Origin: a virus
Taxonomy: Duplodnaviria; Heunggongvirae; Uroviricota; Caudoviricetes
Strand: one strand, 5' to 3'
IMG/VR virus record: IMGVR_UViG_3300029577_000207
Length of the DNA: 12,718 bases
Each line of letters starts with the position of its first letter. Position 1 is the stretch's first letter. This document shows positions 6,788 to 12,718 of this stretch, piece after piece. The position numbers were made by a program, and so were the translations under genes. Below the pieces are notes generated by a model. It was not told the origin of the DNA. It did not search any database and was given only the letters and a program-made list of their open reading frames with translations.

Positions 6788-7195
6788 ATGAACGAGAAAA
6801 CTTTAGGTCAACGCATTAGAGAAAGACGTAAGCAGGTAGGCTTAAGTCAAAACGGTTTAAGCAAAGCTGCTGGCGTATCTGGCTCATCAATTTCATTATG
6901 GGAAAGTGACCATACAGCCCCGCGCGGGCAAAATTTGCATCGCCTCGCCGAGGTATTGCAATGTTCACCAACCTGGATACTGTTTGGCGACGAGGACAAA
7001 ACACCAACTCCCCCTGTTTCACTCGATAGTGCCTTAGACTTATCGGAAGATGAGTTAGAGATGTTGCGTTTGTATCGCGCACTTCCTAAATCAGAGCAAC
7101 AAGCACAACTCAGCGAACTCCGCGCCCGCGTTGAGAATTTTAATCGCCTGTTCACCGAGCTATTAGAGGCTCGCAAACGCAACAAGCATCAATAA
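6788..7195 (+). CDS. dicA: Repressor DicA (cI-like HTH repressor of the dicB operon)
   Basis: 135-aa ORF MNEKTLGQRIRERRKQVGLSQNGLSKAAGVSGSSISLWESDHTAPRGQNLHRLAEVLQCSPTWILFGDEDK... closely resembles K-12 DicA. The track's start at 6737 is an upstream extension. Confidence 0.85.
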   Translation: MNEKTLGQRIRERRKQVGLSQNGLSKAAGVSGSSISLWESDHTAPRGQNLHRLAEVLQCSPTWILFGDEDKTPTPPVSLDSALDLSEDELEMLRLYRALPKSEQQAQLSELRARVENFNRLFTELLEARKRNKHQ

Positions 7196-7259
7196 TCATC
7201 CCTTCACAAAATTTTAAAGCCTTACATTTCAATGTATTGGCTTTATCTTGCGCCAATAC

Positions 7260-7311
7260 TTGAGTTTTCTCATCAAAAAGCCTTGACGAAAAATAATGAG
7301 AAAACTAAATT
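7260..7311 (+). promoter_or_regulatory. dicB-operon promoter with flanking DicA-operator-like inverted repeats
   Basis: TTGACG (7283-7288), 17-nt spacer, TAAATT (7306-7311), bracketed by GAGTTTTCTCAT (7262-7273) and its inverted copy ATGAGAAAAC (7296-7305). Confidence 0.5.
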
Positions 7312-7387
7312 ACCTCCATCAAGACACCGCACGGTGTTCTCAGCAAACAGTTCCGCTACCCCGGCGTTAAGGGGAAATGAGGTCAGC

Positions 7388-7543
7388 ATGGATACTATCG
7401 ATCTTGGCAACAGCGAATCTCTGGTATGTGGCGTGTTCCCCAACCAGGACGGTACGTTCACCGCGATGACGTATACCAAAAGCAAAACGTTTAAAACCGA
7501 AAATGGTGCCCGTCGCTGGCTGGAAAGAAACCCAGGTGAGTGA
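7388..7543 (+). CDS. ydfA: YdfA (51 aa, Qin-type prophage protein)
   Basis: MDTIDLGNSESLVCGVFPNQDGTFTAMTYTKSKTFKTENGARRWLERNPGE with GAGG 7 nt upstream; matches K-12 YdfA from memory. Confidence 0.8.
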   Translation: MDTIDLGNSESLVCGVFPNQDGTFTAMTYTKSKTFKTENGARRWLERNPGE

Positions 7544-7544
7544 T

Positions 7545-7673
7545 ATGGATTTCGACACAATCATGGAAAAGGCTTACGAAGAATACTTCGAAGGTCTTGC
7601 CGACGGCGAAGAAGCTCTCAGCTTCAACGAATTTAAACAGGCGCTTTCCAGTTCGGCAAAATCTAACGGCTGA
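7545..7673 (+). CDS. ydfB: YdfB (42 aa)
   Basis: ATG at 7545 preceded by AGGTGA, 1 nt after the ydfA stop; translated from the sequence as MDFDTIMEKAYEEYFEGLADGEEALSFNEFKQALSSSAKSNG. Below the size cutoff of the ORF track. Confidence 0.75.
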   Translation: MDFDTIMEKAYEEYFEGLADGEEALSFNEFKQALSSSAKSNG

Positions 7674-7702
7674 TAAGCGAAACAGCACCGCGAGGAATCA
7701 GT

Positions 7703-7921
7703 ATGCAGAAACGAGAACCCGTCATCATCGCGCCAGACTATACCGATGATGAACTTTATGAGTGGATGCGCCAGAAAATTAATGCAGCGCAGGATTTGAA
7801 ATGGGCCAATGAAACCAGGGCTAAGCAGGCTGAAAATCTGTCCGCTCTGGAGCAGGATATCACCAATCTGGAAAAAGCAGCGGCATTAAGCATTGCCAGA
7901 ATGATTACATACCCGCGTTAG
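7703..7921 (+). CDS. ydfC: YdfC (72 aa)
   Basis: ORF MQKREPVIIAPDYTDDELYEWMRQKINAAQDLKWANETRAKQAENLSALEQDITNLEKAAALSIARMITYPR with GAGGA upstream; position before dicF. Confidence 0.8.
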   Translation: MQKREPVIIAPDYTDDELYEWMRQKINAAQDLKWANETRAKQAENLSALEQDITNLEKAAALSIARMITYPR

Positions 7922-8261
7922 TAGCTAATCAACAAAGCTAAGGTTAGTAATTAAGGAGTTCTCCACGGGTGAGGTGGAGTGCGTGCGCCGGACACGGGTG
8001 AGCATCCGGCACTGACAGTTTACTGAAAGGATATTTCCCTGAAAAGTCAGACCATAACGCGAAAGCGCACGGCGAGGTAGCTGGTTCATAGATAGCCTGT
8101 CGTTAAATTTTCGTCGACCGTGCGCTTCCGGTTGTGGCAACCCGCGAAATGGCGCGGCGGTAAGTATGGCGGGGTTATTCCTTCCCCGTTGAGGACACCG
8201 GGTTGTCAGGTTGACCATACGCTTAAGTGACAACCCCGCTGCAACGCCCTCTGTTATCAAT

Positions 8262-8319
8262 TTTCTGGTGACGTTTGGCGGTATCAGTTTTACTCCGTGA
8301 CTGCTCTGCCGCCCTTTTT
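8262..8319 (+). ncRNA. dicF: DicF small RNA (53 nt plus U-tail), ftsZ-targeting sRNA of the dicB operon
   Basis: TTTCTGGTGACGTTTGGCGGTATCAGTTTTACTCCGTGACTGCTCTGCCGCCC followed by TTTTT matches the DicF sequence as I remember it; located between ydfC and dicB. Confidence 0.85.
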
Positions 8320-8488
8320 AAAGTGAATTTTGTGATGTGGTGAATGCGGCTGAGCGCACGCGGAACAGTTAAAACCAAAAACAGTGTTATGGGTGGATTC
8401 TCTGTATCCGGCGTTAATTGTTAACTGGTTAACGTCACCTGGAGGCACCAGGCACTGCATCACAAAATTCATTGTTGAGGACGCGATA

Positions 8489-8677
8489 ATGAAAACGTTA
8501 TTACCAAACGTTAATACGTCTGAAGGTTGTTTTGAAATTGGTGTCACTATCAGTAACCCAGTATTTACTGAAGATGCCATTAACAAGAGAAAACAAGAAC
8601 GGGAGCTATTAAATAAAATATGCATTGTTTCAATGCTGGCTCGTTTACGTCTGATGCCAAAAGGATGTGCACAATGA
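8489..8677 (+). CDS. dicB: Cell division inhibitor DicB (62 aa)
   Basis: MKTLLPNVNTSEGCFEIGVTISNPVFTEDAINKRKQERELLNKICIVSMLARLRLMPKGCAQ; GAGGA 7 nt upstream of the ATG at 8489. The track ORF from 8384 is an upstream extension. Confidence 0.85.
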   Translation: MKTLLPNVNTSEGCFEIGVTISNPVFTEDAINKRKQERELLNKICIVSMLARLRLMPKGCAQ

Positions 8678-8865
8678 ATTCAGCATTTGTGCTTGTTCTG
8701 ACAGTTTTTCTTGTTTCCGGAGAGCCAGTTGATATTGCAGTCAGTGTGCACAGGACAATGCAGGAGTGTATGACTGCAGCAACCGAACAGAAAATTCCCG
8801 GTAACTGTTACCCGGTCGATAAAGTTATTCACCAGGATAATATCGAAATCCCGGCAGGTCTTTAA
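8674..8865 (+). CDS. ydfD: YdfD (63 aa, small membrane/lysis protein)
   Basis: MNSAFVLVLTVFLVSGEPVDIAVSVHRTMQECMTAATEQKIPGNCYPVDKVIHQDNIEIPAGL; start overlaps the dicB stop in an ATGA arrangement. Confidence 0.8.
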   Translation: MNSAFVLVLTVFLVSGEPVDIAVSVHRTMQECMTAATEQKIPGNCYPVDKVIHQDNIEIPAGL

Positions 8866-8958
8866 AACAGTTCCGTAATAAATATCCGGTTTCATTCTTA
8901 TATGCCAGCAATGGCAGGGATTTGTTCATCCTTAAATCTGTCATGAGGTTAAAACAAA

Positions 8959-11430
8959 ATGAGTAAAGTCTTTATTTGCGCCGCTATTCCTGACGAACTG
9001 GCAACAAGGGAAGAAGGCGCTGTGGCTGTAGCCACAGCCATTGAAGCTGGCGACGAACGCCGTGCTCGAGCAAAATTTCACTGGCAGTTCCTGGAACATT
9101 ATCCGGCTGCTCAGGACTGCGCTTATAAATTTATTGTCTGCGAGGATAAACCTGGCATACCCCGCCCTGCCCTCGATTCATGGGATGCTGAATATATGCA
9201 GGAAAACCGCTGGGATGAGGAGTCTGCTTCTTTTGTCCCGGTTGAGACTGAATCCGATCCGATGAACGTCACTTTTGACAAGCTGGCCCCTGAAGTACAG
9301 AACGCTGTCATGGTTAAGTTCGACACATGTGAAAACATCACCGTTGATATGGTTATTAGCGCACAGGAATTGTTGCAGGAAGACATGGCAACATTCGACG
9401 GACATATCGTTGAAGCGTTGATGAAAATGCCAGAAGTTAACGCCATGTATCCGGAGCTTAAGTTGCACGCCATTGGGTGGGTTAAGCATAAATGTATTCC
9501 TGGTGCTAAATGGCCCGAAATTCAGGCAGAGATGCGCATCTGGAAAAAACGTCGCGAAGGTGAACGCAAGGAAACCGGAAAATACACGTCTGTTGTTGAT
9601 CTCGCCCGCGCCAGAACCAATCAACAGTACACTGAAAATTCAACAGGAAAAATCAGCCCGGTCATTGCTGCCATTCATCGCGAATACAAGCAGACATGGA
9701 AAACACTGGATGACGAACTGGCCTACGCTCTCTGGCCTGGTGATGTGGATGCCGGAAACATTGACGGCAGCATCCATCGCTGGGCAAAAAAAGAAGTTAT
9801 CGACAACGACCGCGAAGACTGGAAGCGTATCTCGGCATCAATGCGCAAACAGCCTGATGCCCTTCGCTACGACCGCCAGACTATTTTTGGCCTTGTCCGT
9901 GAGCGTCCGATCGACATTCACAAAGATCCCATAGCACTGAACAAATATATCTGCGAATACCTGACGACAAAGGGCGTGTTTGAGAATGAAGAAACAGACC
10001 TGGGCACTGTTGATGTTCTCCAGTCATCAGAAACACAAACTGATGCAGTGGAAACTGAGGTATCTGATATCCCAAAAAATGAAACCGCGCCGGAAGCTGA
10101 ACCATCTGTAGAGCGTGAGGGGCCGTTCTATTTCCTCTTCGCAGATAAGGACGGAGAAAAATACGGTCGCGCAAACAAACTTTCTGGTCTGGATAAGGCA
10201 CTGGCTGCTGGCGCCACTGAAATCACAAAAGAAGAATATTTTGCCCGAAAAAATGGCACATACACGGGCTTACCGCAAAATGTAGATACCGCTGAAGATT
10301 CAGAACAACCAGAGCCGATAAAAGTTACCGCTGACGAAGTAAACAAAATTATGCAGGCAGCCAATATCAGCCAGCCTGACGCCGATAAGTTGCTTGCTGC
10401 ATCACGTGGTGAATTTGTTGAAGGGATTAGTGACCCGAATGATCCGAAATGGGTTAAGGGGATCCAGACCCGCGATTCTGTGAACCAGAACCAGCATGAA
10501 TCGGAACGGAACTACCAAAAAGCGGAACAAAACAGCACAAATGCGTTACAAAACGAGCCAGAAACGAAACAGCCTGAACCAGTGGCGCAACTGGAAGTGG
10601 AAAAAGTCTGCACCGCCTGCGGTCAGACCGGCGGCGGCAACTGCCCTGATTGTGGCGCGGTGATGGGCGACGCAACATACCAGGAAACATTCGATGAAGA
10701 GTATCAGGTTGAAGTTCAGGAAGATGATCTGGAGGAAATGGAAGGCGCTGAACATCCACACAAGGAGAACACTGGCGGCAATCAGCATCACAATAGCGAT
10801 AATGAAACTGGCGAGACGGCAGATCACTCAATTAAGGTGAACGGTCATCACGAAATCACATCCACCAGCAGGACGTGTGACCATCTAATGATCGACCTTG
10901 AAACCATGGGAAAAAATCCTGATGCCCCGATCATCTCAATAGGTGCAATATTTTTCGATCCGCAAACCGGAGATATGGGACCGGAATTTAGTAAGACTAT
11001 CGATCTGGAAACTGCTGGCGGAGTCATTGATCGGGACACCATTAAATGGTGGCTTAAGCAATCACGCGAAGCGCAATCTGCCATTATGACCGATGAAATC
11101 CCGTTAGATGATGCACTGTTACAATTGCGGGAATTTATCGACGAAAACTCCGGTGAATTTTTTGTTCAGGTTTGGGGAAATGGAGCCAACTTCGACAACA
11201 CGATTTTGCGCCGTTCATACGAACGGCAGGGGATCCCCTGCCCGTGGCGTTACTACAACGATCGCGATGTACGCACAATCGTTGAGCTGGGGAAAGCCAT
11301 AGACTTCGATGCCAGAACGGCTATTCCATTCGAAGGTGAGCGCCATAATGCACTTGATGACGCCCGTTACCAGGCAAAATACGTTTCAGTTATCTGGCAA
11401 AAACTGATCCCGAGTCAGGCTGATTCTTAA
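8959..11430 (+). CDS. ydfE: YdfE-like large protein (823 aa) with C-terminal DnaQ-like (DEDDh) 3'-5' exonuclease domain and a CxxC-x8-CxxC zinc ribbon
   Basis: Exo I MIDLETMG, Exo II VWGNGANFDNTIL and Exo III HNALDDARYQ motifs in the last ~185 residues (about nt 10870-11427); CTACGQTGGGNCPDC at about nt 10609-10656; long acidic Q/E-rich linker. Gene symbol is by position after ydfD. Confidence 0.7.
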   Translation: MSKVFICAAIPDELATREEGAVAVATAIEAGDERRARAKFHWQFLEHYPAAQDCAYKFIVCEDKPGIPRPALDSWDAEYMQENRWDEESASFVPVETESDPMNVTFDKLAPEVQNAVMVKFDTCENITVDMVISAQELLQEDMATFDGHIVEALMKMPEVNAMYPELKLHAIGWVKHKCIPGAKWPEIQAEMRIWKKRREGERKETGKYTSVVDLARARTNQQYTENSTGKISPVIAAIHREYKQTWKTLDDELAYALWPGDVDAGNIDGSIHRWAKKEVIDNDREDWKRISASMRKQPDALRYDRQTIFGLVRERPIDIHKDPIALNKYICEYLTTKGVFENEETDLGTVDVLQSSETQTDAVETEVSDIPKNETAPEAEPSVEREGPFYFLFADKDGEKYGRANKLSGLDKALAAGATEITKEEYFARKNGTYTGLPQNVDTAEDSEQPEPIKVTADEVNKIMQAANISQPDADKLLAASRGEFVEGISDPNDPKWVKGIQTRDSVNQNQHESERNYQKAEQNSTNALQNEPETKQPEPVAQLEVEKVCTACGQTGGGNCPDCGAVMGDATYQETFDEEYQVEVQEDDLEEMEGAEHPHKENTGGNQHHNSDNETGETADHSIKVNGHHEITSTSRTCDHLMIDLETMGKNPDAPIISIGAIFFDPQTGDMGPEFSKTIDLETAGGVIDRDTIKWWLKQSREAQSAIMTDEIPLDDALLQLREFIDENSGEFFVQVWGNGANFDNTILRRSYERQGIPCPWRYYNDRDVRTIVELGKAIDFDARTAIPFEGERHNALDDARYQAKYVSVIWQKLIPSQADS

Positions 11431-11502
11431 TGTTCAACTGTCGCCGGTTGTGACTGGTATTCTGCAACCGGCGCTCGTCTAATGTAAGAGATAAAGAAAT
11501 CG

Positions 11503-11754
11503 ATGAGCGAAGTAATCATGATTGTCTCTCCCGGCAAATGGGTATCCGAAGAGCAGTTAATTGCGCTGAAAGGAATAAAAAAAGGTACGTTAAAAAAGGC
11601 CCGGAAAAAATCGTTTATGGAAGGAAGGGAATATAAGCATGTCGCTCATGACGGTATGCCATGGGATAACAGCCCATGCTTTTACAACCTGGAAGAAATT
11701 GATCGCTGGATTGAGCGCCAGGCATCAGCGAGACCAAGACGTCATCTTACTTGA
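11503..11754 (+). CDS. Excisionase (Xis-like)
   Basis: 83-aa ORF immediately upstream of the integrase, with a GREY motif region (FMEGREYKHVAHDG) reminiscent of lambda Xis (DGREYLFHESAV). Start codon choice (11503 vs 11518) uncertain. Confidence 0.6.
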   Translation: MSEVIMIVSPGKWVSEEQLIALKGIKKGTLKKARKKSFMEGREYKHVAHDGMPWDNSPCFYNLEEIDRWIERQASARPRRHLT

Positions 11755-11788
11755 CTAAAAGCCACACTAACTAATGAGAGAAGTTGAA

Positions 11789-12640
11789 ATGAAATATCCG
11801 ACAGGCGTGGAAAACCATGGAGGGAAATTACGTATCTGGTTTGTTTATAAAGGCGTAAGAGTCAGGGAAAATCTGGGGGTTCCTGACACAGCAAAAAACA
11901 GGCGCGTTGCAGGTGAACTACGCGCCTCTGTTTGTTACGCAATAAAAACTGGTGTTTTCGACTATGCAAAACAGTTTCCCTCCTCACGCAATCTGGAAAA
12001 ATTTGGTGAGGCCCGACAAGATTTAACCATAAAAGAACTGGCTGAAAAATTTCTGGCACTGAAAGAAACTGAAGTCGCAAAAACATCACTCAACACATAC
12101 CGTGCCGTCATCAAAAATATCCTGAGCATAATCGGTGAAAAAAATCTTGCCTCATCGATTAATAAAGAAAAATTACTGGAGGTTCGTAAAGAGCTACTGA
12201 CTGGATACCAGATCCCCAAAAGTAACTATATTGTTACACAACCAGGGAGATCGGCTGTAACTGTAAATAATTACATGACAAATCTTAACGCCGTGTTCCA
12301 GTTTGGTGTTGATAACGGTTACTTGGCAGATAACCCGTTTAAGGGGATCTCGCCATTAAAGGAATCAAGAACCATTCCGGATCCTCTTTCGCGGGAGGAA
12401 TTCATCCGTCTTATCGATGCGTGCAGAAATCAGCAAGCCAAAAATTTATGGTGTGTTTCTGTTTATACTGGCGTTCGCCCTGGTGAGCTGTGTGCACTTG
12501 GATGGGAGGACATAGATCTGAAAAATGGAACAATGATGATCAGGAGAAATTTAGCAAAAGACCGTTTCACGGTACCAAAAACACAGGCGGGAACCAATCG
12601 GGTCATTCATCTTATTAAGCCAGCAATCGACGCTCTCTGA
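11789..12640 (+). pseudogene. Tyrosine-recombinase phage integrase, 3'-truncated by IS3
   Basis: N-terminal SAM-like domain and the first catalytic Arg region (TGVRPGELCALGWEDIDL) are present, but the ORF ends after about 283 codons with a TGA supplied by the first three bases of the IS3 terminus (12638-12640). The downstream His/Arg/Tyr catalytic residues are missing. Confidence 0.8.
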
Positions 12641-12718
12641 TCTTACCCAGCAATAGTGGACACGCGGCTAAGTGAGTAAACTCTCAGTCAGAGGTGACTC
12701 ACATGACAAAAACAGTAT
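12638..12718 (+). mobile_element. IS3 terminus (left inverted repeat plus orfA start at 12703); element continues rightward out of the window
   Basis: TGATCTTACCCAGCAATAGTGGACACGCGGCTAAGTGAG...ATGACAAAAACAGTAT, the IS3 left end as I recall it; exact inverted copy of nt 13-93. Confidence 0.85.

Noticed and set aside
6816-7185. Two - strand ORFs (88 and 112 aa) inside dicA
   Set aside because: Antisense to a well-supported dicA reading frame; shadow ORFs.
7925-8260. 111-aa - strand ORF between ydfC and dicF
   Set aside because: It sits in the structured leader of the dicF precursor on the opposite strand of the operon and has no ribosome-binding site; more likely non-coding.
9041-11302. Multiple internal or antisense ORFs within the 823-aa gene (for example 9178-9624, 9473-9934, 10454-10831)
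   Set aside because: All are nested within or antisense to one continuous 823-codon frame with recognisable domain motifs; no independent signals.

Overview
The window is a 12.5 kb segment of a defective lambdoid prophage of the E. coli/Shigella Qin (dicB) type, bounded at both edges by inward-facing left ends of IS3. All identifications are from reading the sequence and from memory of known proteins; no database search was run. The centre is a DicA/DicC immunity switch (6483-7195). Rightward on the + strand runs the early-left operon: ydfA, ydfB, ydfC, the DicF sRNA, dicB, ydfD, an apparently intact 823-aa YdfE-like protein with a C-terminal DnaQ-type exonuclease domain, an excisionase, and an integrase whose 3' end is cut off by IS3. 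Leftward on the - strand runs the early-right operon: dicC, a YdaT-like ORF, an O-like replication initiator carrying five 23-bp origin iterons, a small winged-helix protein, an orphan 310-aa ORF, hokD, rem, a 92-aa ORF, a YdfU-like protein, a phage-21-type Q antiterminator and its terminator, after which the second IS3 replaces the lysis and morphogenesis genes. The best candidate for an undescribed system is the orphan 310-aa gene (3468-4400), possibly with the 133-aa winged-helix gene and a perfect palindrome upstream of it. It sits in the slot that holds relBE in the K-12 Qin prophage and carries a C-terminal R-x4-H-G motif of the kind seen in HEPN RNases; this is a hypothesis, not a demonstrated homology.
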